DNA of 64,000 nt from an uncultured Nitrospinaceae bacterium (lineage in GTDB: Bacteria > UBA8248): NCBI GenBank assembly GCA_964558115.1, contig CAZLCI010000002.1:507-64506 (forward strand), given 5' to 3'. The first letter of the stretch is position 1; every line of letters begins with the position of its first letter. Below are positions 9,382 to 18,781 of this stretch, one piece after another. The notes beneath the pieces are model-generated. The model saw only the letters and a list, made by a program, of their open reading frames with translations, made no database searches and was not told the DNA's origin. The position numbers and the translations under genes were made by a program.

Positions 9382-10772
9382 TTTGTTTCTCCTTTTTGAT
9401 TTATTTTTTCAACCCTACAATCCAAAGCTCCATCGGACAATTTAATTTGAAGCAATTCTTGATTCTCTACTTGTTGTATGCTGCGAATTAAGGAGTGATC
9501 TTTTTCCCGATACGTCAAACTATATCCACGTGCTAAAATTGAAATTGGAGAAACAGATTCGAGTCTAAGAATTAAATTTTTTACTTCTAAGTTCTTTGCA
9601 TGGAATATTTTTTCAATACAAATTTCAATTCTTTCAATATATCCCTCCATTGTTTTAACTTTACTTGAATGAAGACTCAAAGGAGAAACAACTCTCAGTC
9701 TAGGCAAAATTGAGAAAACACGATTCCTGAAAACTGACAAGACATACTTGGTTTCTTTTAAAAGATTTTCAAAAAGCATATCAATTTTTTGCTGCAGTTC
9801 CTGAATATACAGAGTAGGTTCTTCTAATATTCTCATCCTCTCATAAAAAGCAACTTCATCTTTTCTGTTCTTTAGAATCATCTTAACGTATCGTTCCATC
9901 TCAGAGGGAAATCTCATGAAACGTTCTAAAATAATATCCCAGTTGCTGCATACTTTTTCAGCAGCCGCAGTAGGTGTCGAAGAAAAATCATCTGCAACTA
10001 AATCGGACAGCGAACTATCAATTTCATGACCAATAGCTGTTAAAATTGGAATGCTACAATTGTCAATAGCCCGAATAACTATCTCATCATTAAATGCACT
10101 GAGATCTTCATTACTTCCTCCGCCTCTAGAAAGGATTATTAGATCAGCAGGAGAATTCATTCTATTGTTTTCTTCGGCAACTAGAAGAGCTCTCTCAATA
10201 GATCTTGGAGCAAATTCTCCTTGGACAAGTGTATGAATGATTGTTAATTCCACGAAAGGAATGCGCATTGATAAAATTGGAAGCATGTCACGTAAAGCTG
10301 CTCCTTCACGACTTGTAACTAAAATAATTTTTTTTGGTCTTAATGGGATTTTTTTTTTCCTTTCCTTAGAAAAAAGGCCTTCTAATTCTAATTTCTCTCT
10401 TAATTGTCTAAATTTTACATCTAAAATTCCTTCTCCTAATGGTTCCAAAGAGAAAATAGATAATTGGAATCTACCCTCCCGCTCAAAAAGAGTCACACTA
10501 CATTTAACCAAAACTCTCATCCCCACTTCAGGAGTAAAATCAAGAGACTTTCTTCTACCTGCAAACATAACTGCATTTATTTTTGAATTAGAATCCTTTA
10601 AAACAAGATATGCATGATTCGATGGATATACCTTCCAACTTGATATCTCTCCTTCGACCAAAATATTAGTGAATTCTTGTTCAAGATGTTCTCGAACTCT
10701 CGAATTAAGTTGAGAAATTGTATATATTTGGGCTGCAAATTCTTTCGTGGAACCTAACAAATCAATATTCAA
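9378..10772 (-). CDS. xseA: exodeoxyribonuclease VII large subunit
   Basis: 464 aa; N-terminal OB-fold (VEGEISSWKVYPSNHAYLVLKD), a central catalytic region and a C-terminal coiled-coil; overlaps xseB by 4 nt. Confidence 0.85.
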   Translation of the reverse strand: MNIDLLGSTKEFAAQIYTISQLNSRVREHLEQEFTNILVEGEISSWKVYPSNHAYLVLKDSNSKINAVMFAGRRKSLDFTPEVGMRVLVKCSVTLFEREGRFQLSIFSLEPLGEGILDVKFRQLREKLELEGLFSKERKKKIPLRPKKIILVTSREGAALRDMLPILSMRIPFVELTIIHTLVQGEFAPRSIERALLVAEENNRMNSPADLIILSRGGGSNEDLSAFNDEIVIRAIDNCSIPILTAIGHEIDSSLSDLVADDFSSTPTAAAEKVCSNWDIILERFMRFPSEMERYVKMILKNRKDEVAFYERMRILEEPTLYIQELQQKIDMLFENLLKETKYVLSVFRNRVFSILPRLRVVSPLSLHSSKVKTMEGYIERIEICIEKIFHAKNLEVKNLILRLESVSPISILARGYSLTYREKDHSLIRSIQQVENQELLQIKLSDGALDCRVEKINQKGETK

Positions 10773-10784
10773 TCAATTATTCCT

Positions 10785-11654
10785 TTAAGTCACTAAAATA
10801 TGATCTTGAAATGCATTTACTGTATTGACCATTAACATAGATATAGTCATAGGACCAACTCCTCCTGGTACTGGAGTTATAGCCGAGACTTTTCCCATTA
10901 GTGATGCAAAATCACAATCTCCTACCAACTTGTCATCTAGTCGGTTCGTACCAACATCTACAACTATAGCTCCCTCCTTTACCATCTCTGCAGTCACAAA
11001 ATTTGCCCTGCCAACTGCAGCAATCAATATATCTGCTCTTTTCGTTACCTCAGCAATATCTTCTGTTCTAGAATGACATATAGTTACAGTCGCATTCTCA
11101 TGTAACAAAAGAATGGATAATGGAAGACCGACTATTTTACTCCTTCCGATTATAACAACATTTTTTCCTTCTATTGGAAAATCATAGAATTTCAATATTT
11201 CAAGTACCCCAGCAGGGGTACAAGATTTAGGACCTGGTTGTTTTAAAGATAACTTTCCAAAGTTTTCACTGTGGAAAACATCAACATCTTTTAATGGATC
11301 AACTTTTTTTAGGATTTCTGTTTCATTCAAAGTTGACGGTAGAGGTAATTGAACAAGTATTCCGTCAATTTTTGAATCCTGATTTAATTTTTCTATCAAA
11401 TCAGATAACTCTTCAAAAGAAACATCAGAGGACAATCTATAATCGTATGTTTCTATTCCAATTTTATCTGCCATTTTACCTTTTAGTCGAACGTAAACCT
11501 GAGATGCAGGATCATCTCCAACTAAAATAACGGCTAAACCCGGAGATCTGCCTGAGGATTCTTTTAATTTTTCAATTCTAGAAACGAGCACTTCTATTAT
11601 TTTGTCAGATACCGGTTTGCCTTTCATTATTAACGTGTCTATCTTTTTATTCAT
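10785..11654 (-). CDS. folD: bifunctional methylenetetrahydrofolate dehydrogenase/cyclohydrolase
   Basis: 289 aa; PGLAVILVGDDPASQVYVRLK and GVGPMTISMLMVNTV hallmark motifs. Confidence 0.9.
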   Translation of the reverse strand: MNKKIDTLIMKGKPVSDKIIEVLVSRIEKLKESSGRSPGLAVILVGDDPASQVYVRLKGKMADKIGIETYDYRLSSDVSFEELSDLIEKLNQDSKIDGILVQLPLPSTLNETEILKKVDPLKDVDVFHSENFGKLSLKQPGPKSCTPAGVLEILKFYDFPIEGKNVVIIGRSKIVGLPLSILLLHENATVTICHSRTEDIAEVTKRADILIAAVGRANFVTAEMVKEGAIVVDVGTNRLDDKLVGDCDFASLMGKVSAITPVPGGVGPMTISMLMVNTVNAFQDHILVT

Positions 11655-11816
11655 TTTTTGTTAGCACCTCTAAAAATTTTTTAGCTTCTTATATTCACTG
11701 TAATTTTGTTATACTACATTTGGTGGAGAAAAAAATAAATTGCTTTAACAATTCAAACCCCTTACAAAAAAGTAACAAACGAAAACTAGCTACATAGTTT
11801 CTAAATTAAGGAAAGA

Positions 11817-12485
11817 ATGAAAAATTTTATACATGCAGTTCAAACTGATATAGATGCAGCTCTTCAAAGAGACCCTGCTGCTAATAGTAAGATAGAAATC
11901 ATCCTCTGCTATCCGGGATTTCATGCAATTTTTTTACATCGTATTTCACACTTCATTTTCAAAAAAGGATTAAAGTTAGTTGCACGATTTTTGAGTCATA
12001 TAAGTAGACTACTTACAGGTATTGAAATTCATCCAGGAGCACAGATAGATATCGGTTTTTTTATAGACCATGGGATGGGAGTTGTAATTGGAGAAACTTC
12101 TATTATCGGAAAGAATTGCACAATTTATCATGGAGTAACTCTTGGTGGTGTAAGTCTAAAAAAAGAGAAGAGACATCCTACCCTTGAAGATGGCGTTTTA
12201 GTTGGAGTTGGAGCACGTATACTTGGTCCTCATAAAATAGGAAAAGGAGTTAGAATCGGTGCAGGTTCAGTAGTTATCTCTGATGTCCCTCCTGATTGTA
12301 CAGTTGTAGGAGTTCCTGCACGGATTATTTCAGGATTAAGTGAAGAATATAATGAAGAAGATCCAAAAATTTCTTTTGAACACGACGAACTTCCAGATCC
12401 AATACAAAATTCTATTTACCATTTAGACAAAAGAATAGAAGACCTTGAAAAAAGAATGAAAGATGAGGAGACTTCTAATCAATGA
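11817..12485 (+). CDS. cysE: serine O-acetyltransferase
   Basis: The classic CysE N-terminus (DIDAALQRDPAA…CYPGFHAI…HRISH) followed by hexapeptide-repeat left-handed beta-helix (IHPGAQIDIGFFIDHGMGVVIGETSIIG). Confidence 0.85.
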   Translation: MKNFIHAVQTDIDAALQRDPAANSKIEIILCYPGFHAIFLHRISHFIFKKGLKLVARFLSHISRLLTGIEIHPGAQIDIGFFIDHGMGVVIGETSIIGKNCTIYHGVTLGGVSLKKEKRHPTLEDGVLVGVGARILGPHKIGKGVRIGAGSVVISDVPPDCTVVGVPARIISGLSEEYNEEDPKISFEHDELPDPIQNSIYHLDKRIEDLEKRMKDEETSNQ

Positions 12486-13639
12486 AAAGAATTTATTTAG
12501 ATCACAACTCCACAACACCTGTACGTCCTGAGGTGTTCAAAATTGCGGAACCTTACATTACAACTTTTTACGGAAATCCAAGTAGCGTTCACTCTTTTGG
12601 AAGAGAAACTAGAGAAGCAATAGAAAATTCGCGTATTAAAATAGCATCTAGTATAAATGCTTCTGATCCAAATGAGATATTTTTTACTTCTGGTGGAACT
12701 GAGAGTGACAATCTCGCAATTAGGGGAGTTTTAAATAATGAAAAATCACCCTCACATATTATTACAACTCAAATCGAACATAATGCTGTTTTAGATACCT
12801 GCAATAACCTTAGCAAGGAAAAATTGTTAGAAGTTACATATATAAAACCTGACAAAGATGGTTTAGTATCTTCAAAAAAAATAAAAGATGCAGTGAAAAA
12901 AAATACAAAATTAATATCAGTAATATTGGGTAATAATGAAATAGGTACTATTCAACCAATTTCCGAAATTTCAACATTTTGTAAAGATTTAGGAATATTA
13001 TTTCATACAGACGCAGTACAAGCTGTTGGAAAAATGAAAATTGATGTGCAAGGAGATAATATCGATTTATTATCTGGAAGTGGACACAAAATTAATGCTC
13101 CAAAAGGTATTGGTTTCCTTTATGTAAGAAAAAAGACTCCTTTGAATGCAATTCTAACTGGAGGAGGACAAGAACAAAACATAAGATCAGGGACTGAAAA
13201 TGTAGCCGGTATAGTTGCACTAGGTGAAGCATGTAGAATTTTAGATACAGAAGGAAATGAACTTTGGAATAATATTTTAAAATTGAGAAACAGACTAGAG
13301 AATGAGGTTTGTGAAAAGATTCCTGATGTAGAGATTATTGGGCATAAAACACAACGTCTACCCGGAACATCAAATATCGCATTCCTAAATGCTGAAGGAG
13401 AAACTTTATTAATTAGACTAGATCTTGAGGGGATAGCCGTCAGTACGGGTTCAGCTTGCAGTTCTGGTTCAACTGAACCAAGTCATGTCTTACTTTCAAT
13501 GGATCTTCCACAAAATCTTGTGCGTGGTTCTCTTCGTTTTAGTCTGGGCTGGGGAAGTACTGATGAAGATATTGACTATTTAATAGAAAAGTTACCTACT
13601 GCCGTTAAAAAAGTTAGAGAAATTGCACCAAAGAACTAG
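12482..13639 (+). CDS. NifS/IscS-type cysteine desulfurase (PLP-dependent)
   Basis: 385 aa; SGGTESDNLAIRG, a PLP-lysine region (SGSGHKINAPKGIGFLYVRK) and the catalytic-loop Cys (VSTGSACSSG); overlaps cysE by 4 nt. Confidence 0.85.
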   Translation: MKRIYLDHNSTTPVRPEVFKIAEPYITTFYGNPSSVHSFGRETREAIENSRIKIASSINASDPNEIFFTSGGTESDNLAIRGVLNNEKSPSHIITTQIEHNAVLDTCNNLSKEKLLEVTYIKPDKDGLVSSKKIKDAVKKNTKLISVILGNNEIGTIQPISEISTFCKDLGILFHTDAVQAVGKMKIDVQGDNIDLLSGSGHKINAPKGIGFLYVRKKTPLNAILTGGGQEQNIRSGTENVAGIVALGEACRILDTEGNELWNNILKLRNRLENEVCEKIPDVEIIGHKTQRLPGTSNIAFLNAEGETLLIRLDLEGIAVSTGSACSSGSTEPSHVLLSMDLPQNLVRGSLRFSLGWGSTDEDIDYLIEKLPTAVKKVREIAPKN

Positions 13640-13662
13640 TTCTAAACTTCAATAGGTGAAAA

Positions 13663-14043
13663 ATGAACAATAGTAACTATCATTACAATTCTACTGTACT
13701 TTCACATATTGCATCACCTCAAAATATTGGTATTCTAGAAGACGCAAACTATACAGGGAAAGGAACTAATCCCTCTTGTGGCGACGAGGTAGAATTATAT
13801 ATAAATACAAATGGAGAAAAGATTACTGATGCTAAAATTAAAATTCTTGGGTGTGGAGCTATCACAGCCGCAATGAGTTCACTAACTAATTTGCTTATAG
13901 GCAAATTAATTCAAGATGCAAAAAAAATATCCTCTGAAGATATTGAAAAGAGTTTAGGAGGACTGCCTCAACACAAACGTCATTGTTCTAAATTAGCATA
14001 TAGAGTCCTCCAAAATGCACTAAATAAATCTGAAAATGAATAA
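13663..14043 (+). CDS. NifU/IscU-type Fe-S cluster scaffold
   Basis: 126 aa; the three scaffold cysteines in SCGDEV, LGCGAI and HCSKLA contexts. Confidence 0.8.
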   Translation: MNNSNYHYNSTVLSHIASPQNIGILEDANYTGKGTNPSCGDEVELYINTNGEKITDAKIKILGCGAITAAMSSLTNLLIGKLIQDAKKISSEDIEKSLGGLPQHKRHCSKLAYRVLQNALNKSENE

Positions 14044-14521
14044 AATTTCAAAAAAAGACCCTTTGCAAATTCAAATAATTAAAAAAGACCTTATAGAAGG
14101 TTCGGGTATTTTTACACAGGGTGACCCCACTCCTGAGAAAATAGGGTTATTAAGAGGTCAATTTCTTAAATTAACCAATCATCTCGAAATCTTGGACGGA
14201 GACTGTTATGGTTTGCTATCTCCTAACTATAGTTACAAAACCTTTATTCTGAAAAAGTATTTTCAGTCAAATCTTAAAGATTTTACTGCAATCCAAATTA
14301 AAGCAAACTCATACGCAGTAGGCATTCATGAAGGAAGTTATCGAAATTTATCTCAATCGCAAGAAGAGATCTTCAAAAAAATTAAAGAAAAAGGTTTAAA
14401 AAAAACAAACGGCCCTATAGTCCACCGTTTCATGAATGACCCCAGAAAAACTATAATCCAAGACCTTAGAACAGAAATATGGGTAGCAGTAATTCAAAAG
14501 GATTCAACTATATCTTCTTGA
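14036..14521 (+). CDS. hypothetical protein, possibly GyrI-like small-molecule-binding domain
   Basis: 161 aa; no strong motif. The C-terminal …TEIWVAVI… resembles the end of the GyrI-like fold. Weak. Confidence 0.35.
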   Translation: MNKISKKDPLQIQIIKKDLIEGSGIFTQGDPTPEKIGLLRGQFLKLTNHLEILDGDCYGLLSPNYSYKTFILKKYFQSNLKDFTAIQIKANSYAVGIHEGSYRNLSQSQEEIFKKIKEKGLKKTNGPIVHRFMNDPRKTIIQDLRTEIWVAVIQKDSTISS

Positions 14522-17456
14522 TTTTACATAACAGACTTTTCAAATTTGTCTGACCTGAGAACGGATCTCTCTGTTCTTTACTGGTTAGAAAATTAACTGA
14601 ATACCAAGGATTGTAAGGTTGTTTTTCCCCCCATCCAATCGGTATAAAAACAGCATCTTTTCTAATTCCACTATAAAGGTAAGCTCTGGCAGTTATTTTT
14701 CCATGGGCTGACTCAATCTGAATAATTTCTCCATCTTCTATATCTAATTCCCTGGCATGTTCGGGATGAATTTGACAAAAAAGGTCAGGCCACATTTCTT
14801 GTGCTTCCCAAAAATAGTGGGTCCAACTGTGAAAATGTGGTGCAGGAGGCCTTCCAGTTATTAATTCAGTATCAAAACCCCTTTGCCTTAAATCTCTAGA
14901 AAAACTCTTTTCTTCTGTTGAGATTATTTTTGCTTTAGATGTCCCAGTGGGGACATCATAAAATGGAGAAATCACGTCTAATCTTTCATCATTATCTGCA
15001 ATTTCCAGGAAGGGTAAATCTATTAGAAGTTCTGGATCTGAGTAAAATTCGGGTAAAGCAGACAGACCTAAACAATTAAATTTTTCCTCTAACTCTTTAG
15101 TCCAAAACTCTAGTTTTCCACTTTCTGTTGGGAATCTTTTTCCTTCTGGTTGACCTACTGCTGTTGTCCCTTCTAAGTAAAGGGTTTCTTGTTCAAGAGA
15201 ATCTTCATATTTCACTGGATATCGAACCCATCTATAAGGAACTGAATGCAATCGTTTCTGGGTTATTCCACTAAGGAAGTCATTTTTTATACACATTTCA
15301 TCCCAAAATATTTTCGGGTCTTTATATTCTTCCTTAAGAACATCATTAAATCCTAAACGTTTTCCTAATTCTATCCATATCCAGCCGTCAGGCTTCGCCT
15401 CTCCAGGAGGATCTATGAATTTATCAATCCATACAATTCGTCGATCATCATTACTTCTTCCTATTTCTCCTTTTTCAATTCCCGTTGCTGCAGGCAACAC
15501 ATAATCAGCAAATGCAGAAGTTTCATTTTGAAACAACTCAATATGCACTAGAAGATCTAAGTTCTTTAAGGCATCTCTAACATTATTCTGATCTGGCCAT
15601 TGAGCTAATGGATTACTTGAACTTATCATTCCTTTTATAGGATAAGGTTTCTCGTGTTTCATTGCATTAAGCCAACCGACAGGACTCTTTCTTATTTTTG
15701 GTCTGTTAATCTTTTCTCTTCTTTCTAATGGAGCATTTGGGGCAATAGGTGGACCTGCCGTCATATTGAAATAAGCTCCTCCTTTTCGTCCCCAATTACC
15801 TGTAATAGCGCTTACAAACATCCAAGCTCGATTAGTTTGCAATGAATTCATATGTTGATTTATACCTCTACTTGCAAAAATCACACATCCATCTGATTTA
15901 GCAATCTCACTTGCAAGTAATTCAATTTCGTTTTGAGATAAATCGATTATTTCAGATGCCCATTGCGCACTATAATCTTTCTCAAAAATAAAATTTTTCC
16001 ACTCTTCCCATCCTAAAACCCAATCATTGCAAAACTTAATATCATGCAAATTTTTTGAAAAAATCTCGTGAGCTATTGATAAAGCTAATGCCATATCTGT
16101 TCCAGGACGTATTGGCAACCATTTATCTGCTTTACTAGCTGTGACAGTCTGCCTAGGATCAACAACAACCATTTTTGCTTTATTTTTAACTCTCCAATCA
16201 TTAATCTTTCCAAAATAAACTGGGCGTGTTTCAGCTTGATTATCTCCTACATAAAGGTACATCTCTGCGCTTCCAAGATCAGTCGATGTATAACTATTTC
16301 CACTTCCATTTACTCCCTGAGTAATCTGATAAGAAATTGTTTTCCCAGAAGCACAAAATGGGTCAGTACCTTCAATGTTATGAGTTCCCCACATCTGACT
16401 AAATAATCTGGTATAACCTTTCTGAGTAAGAATGCCAGTTCTAGTACCAATAAAAATGGCGAGTGCTTCCGGTCCCCATTTCTCTTTTAACTGACTCAAC
16501 TTTCCAGCAATTTCATCTAATGCTTTCTCCCAAGTAATCTCTTCAAACTTATTTTCACCTCTTTTCCCTACTCTTTTCAGAGGAGTTCGAAGTCTTTTTT
16601 CATTATGATGAAGTTGTAATCCAAATTGTGCTTTAGGACATATTTTTCCCTCTAAGATAGGATCTTCATCATTACCAGTAATTTGCACTAGTTTGTCATC
16701 TTTAAAATGAAATTTTGTAGTACAGCAATTAAAGCAAATATTACAACCACCCGGTTCAATCCTCGTTTTAATCTTACTATCTTTTTCAAAACCAAATGGA
16801 AAATTTGACTCTAATTTTTTAGGTGAAAGAGGTCTATTTTCTAAATCAGACTTTTGAAACCCCATTCCTCTTTGGATATATTTTTTTTCCATTATCGGAA
16901 GAGATGAACTGTAACCTTTTAACCTCTCTAAATAAATTGTCTGCGGTTTAAGCAAAAAACTATCTACATCTTTAATAACTCTCTCTTCTTTTTCAGCGAT
17001 TTCAAGTAATTCTGAACGTTCTCCAAAAGTAATAGCAAATCCTGGGCATACACTAGAACAAGCTGGTTCTAGTTTATGTTCAAGTCTCTCAGAACAAAGG
17101 TCACACTTAACAGAATGATGTCCTTCTTCATCAAAACCCATAGCACTATAAGGACAAGACAAAATACATTCCCCACATCCTGTACATAATTCTTCATGGA
17201 CTTTTACTACACCAGTCTTATCATCTTTTGTTATGGCTTTCGGATTTACAGGACATGATCTAAGACAAGCAGGTCGTTCACAATGTTGACACGTTAACGT
17301 AAAGAAATCTGTACCCGGACCATTTTCATTTCCAAGCCATACAACCTTATTCCTATATGTACCCGGTTTTAGATGATGCTCTTGCTTACATGCTGCCTCA
17401 CAACTTTTACAACCGAAACATCTTTCTAAGTCAATCATTAGTGCTAGTCGATTCAA
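14508..17456 (-). CDS. molybdopterin (MopB-family) oxidoreductase catalytic subunit fused N-terminally to a 4x[4Fe-4S] ferredoxin (FdhB/PsrB-like) domain
   Basis: 982 aa. The N-terminal ~200 aa carry four Cys clusters (CFGCKSCEAAC, CQHCERPACLRSCP, CTGCGECILSCP, CDLCSE…CSSVCP). They are followed by the MopB N-terminal FeS motif (CNICFNCC…C), the molybdopterin dinucleotide-binding regions and a probable Cys Mo-ligand (GTDPFCASGK, NapA/PsrA-like rather than FDH Sec/Cys-His). Confidence 0.8.
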   Translation of the reverse strand: MNRLALMIDLERCFGCKSCEAACKQEHHLKPGTYRNKVVWLGNENGPGTDFFTLTCQHCERPACLRSCPVNPKAITKDDKTGVVKVHEELCTGCGECILSCPYSAMGFDEEGHHSVKCDLCSERLEHKLEPACSSVCPGFAITFGERSELLEIAEKEERVIKDVDSFLLKPQTIYLERLKGYSSSLPIMEKKYIQRGMGFQKSDLENRPLSPKKLESNFPFGFEKDSKIKTRIEPGGCNICFNCCTTKFHFKDDKLVQITGNDEDPILEGKICPKAQFGLQLHHNEKRLRTPLKRVGKRGENKFEEITWEKALDEIAGKLSQLKEKWGPEALAIFIGTRTGILTQKGYTRLFSQMWGTHNIEGTDPFCASGKTISYQITQGVNGSGNSYTSTDLGSAEMYLYVGDNQAETRPVYFGKINDWRVKNKAKMVVVDPRQTVTASKADKWLPIRPGTDMALALSIAHEIFSKNLHDIKFCNDWVLGWEEWKNFIFEKDYSAQWASEIIDLSQNEIELLASEIAKSDGCVIFASRGINQHMNSLQTNRAWMFVSAITGNWGRKGGAYFNMTAGPPIAPNAPLERREKINRPKIRKSPVGWLNAMKHEKPYPIKGMISSSNPLAQWPDQNNVRDALKNLDLLVHIELFQNETSAFADYVLPAATGIEKGEIGRSNDDRRIVWIDKFIDPPGEAKPDGWIWIELGKRLGFNDVLKEEYKDPKIFWDEMCIKNDFLSGITQKRLHSVPYRWVRYPVKYEDSLEQETLYLEGTTAVGQPEGKRFPTESGKLEFWTKELEEKFNCLGLSALPEFYSDPELLIDLPFLEIADNDERLDVISPFYDVPTGTSKAKIISTEEKSFSRDLRQRGFDTELITGRPPAPHFHSWTHYFWEAQEMWPDLFCQIHPEHARELDIEDGEIIQIESAHGKITARAYLYSGIRKDAVFIPIGWGEKQPYNPWYSVNFLTSKEQRDPFSGQTNLKSLLCKIKKI

Positions 17457-17482
17457 TTCTAATCCTTTTTTCTAAGACAATG

Positions 17483-18262
17483 CTATTTAGATATGTGCCA
17501 CCAGTATATATCAGAGCCATCAGAAACATAACTAGCAAAAAAAGTAACCACAATTATATGAGCAATAAGACCAAGAAAAAAAATAATCGATAAAGATATA
17601 TGAATCGATCTCCAAAAACGAATGAAAAAACTATGTTCAAATCTTTTTCTAATATAAAAGTTTTCTTGACGAACTAAATTATAAAATCGAATGGCAAAAA
17701 TAGGATGACAAAACCAATGTTTAAGATTAAGAGAAAAAGTACCTTCGTTACTATCAGGCTCAAAAGATAGTAATAATTTTTCTTTCTTTGTAATTATCGA
17801 TTCTATTTTTGCTTTGTCATCGGGTTCTATAGTATGAAAAAATCGAATTTTTGAAGAAAAAATTTTTTGATTATTCTTAGAAACATAAAATCTTGCAAAA
17901 ATCCCTAAGAGTGTAAGAGCCAATAGTGCTAAAAGGAGTAATGCTGGTGCATACCTTAAATGACCAGATGAGTGAATTGTAACTAAGACAGAACCAATTA
18001 CAGCTGTTACCACATGACAATTAAACCAAAAAACTGGCTTCTTACTTACGTTTGTTCTCTTAAGGAATAAGAAAACAATAGAAAAAGAGAGAAACAAGGA
18101 ACCAATCACACCGAAAATATAAAGTACCGGAGAACCCGGCATATGCCACATAGATGGCAACAGATGTAAAAATGAGAAATATCCAAACAAACTAAGAGAA
18201 GCTATAGATATAAGATATGTAAGTAACCTATCGTGAATTGACAAAGACTTCTTATTCTTCAT
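17483..18262 (-). CDS. integral membrane protein (candidate membrane anchor/cytochrome-b-like partner of the oxidoreductase)
   Basis: 259 aa; about four N-terminal hydrophobic helices containing conserved-looking His (HLLPSMWHMPG, VTIHSSGH) plus one C-terminal helix. Immediately upstream of, and co-directional with, the FeS-MopB gene. Confidence 0.45.
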   Translation of the reverse strand: MKNKKSLSIHDRLLTYLISIASLSLFGYFSFLHLLPSMWHMPGSPVLYIFGVIGSLFLSFSIVFLFLKRTNVSKKPVFWFNCHVVTAVIGSVLVTIHSSGHLRYAPALLLLALLALTLLGIFARFYVSKNNQKIFSSKIRFFHTIEPDDKAKIESIITKKEKLLLSFEPDSNEGTFSLNLKHWFCHPIFAIRFYNLVRQENFYIRKRFEHSFFIRFWRSIHISLSIIFFLGLIAHIIVVTFFASYVSDGSDIYWWHISK

Positions 18263-18738
18263 TCAAATTCTATTTTTGAAACTTCAACAATCTCAAAAGT
18301 TCTGATACCACCAGGCAGTTTAATCACTACCTCGTCCCCAGGTTCCTTCTGCATTAATCCTCTTGCAAGAGGAGCATTGAAAGAAATAATACCATTAGAC
18401 AAGTCACTTTCTTCTTCACCAAGAATTTGGTAGGTCAGTTCTTCATTCTTGTCAATATCATAAAGTTGAACCTTAGTACCAACGGAAACTTTATCTCCAG
18501 AAACAGGCAGTTCTTCAATTATCTGTGCAGTTCGTATTTTCTCTTTCAGTCTACTTACTTCGTGTTGTAAATTTCTTTGGAGTTCAATAGCAGCTTCCCA
18601 TTCTGCATTTTCACTTAAATCACCAAGATCGGCGGCTTTTCCGATTTCTTTTGCGACATCATGTTTAAGACGATGTTCTATTTCTTCAACCTTATTTTTT
18701 AAATTGATTAGACTTTGATTTGTTAAATAAAATGTCAT
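18259..18738 (-). CDS. greA: transcription elongation factor GreA
   Basis: 159 aa; N-terminal coiled-coil with the conserved acidic tip (GDLSENAEWEAA) and the C-terminal FKBP-like domain. Confidence 0.85.
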   Translation of the reverse strand: MTFYLTNQSLINLKNKVEEIEHRLKHDVAKEIGKAADLGDLSENAEWEAAIELQRNLQHEVSRLKEKIRTAQIIEELPVSGDKVSVGTKVQLYDIDKNEELTYQILGEEESDLSNGIISFNAPLARGLMQKEPGDEVVIKLPGGIRTFEIVEVSKIEFE

Positions 18739-18781
18739 CTTTTACCTCTTTTACAGATTAAAAAATAAAATTATATTATAC

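Noticed and set aside
14508-17456. Looked for an in-frame UGA (Sec) at the Mo-ligand position of the MopB oxidoreductase, as in selenocysteine formate dehydrogenases
   Set aside because: The ORF is uninterrupted. The ligand context is FCASG with Cys and lacks the Sec/Cys-His dyad of formate dehydrogenases.
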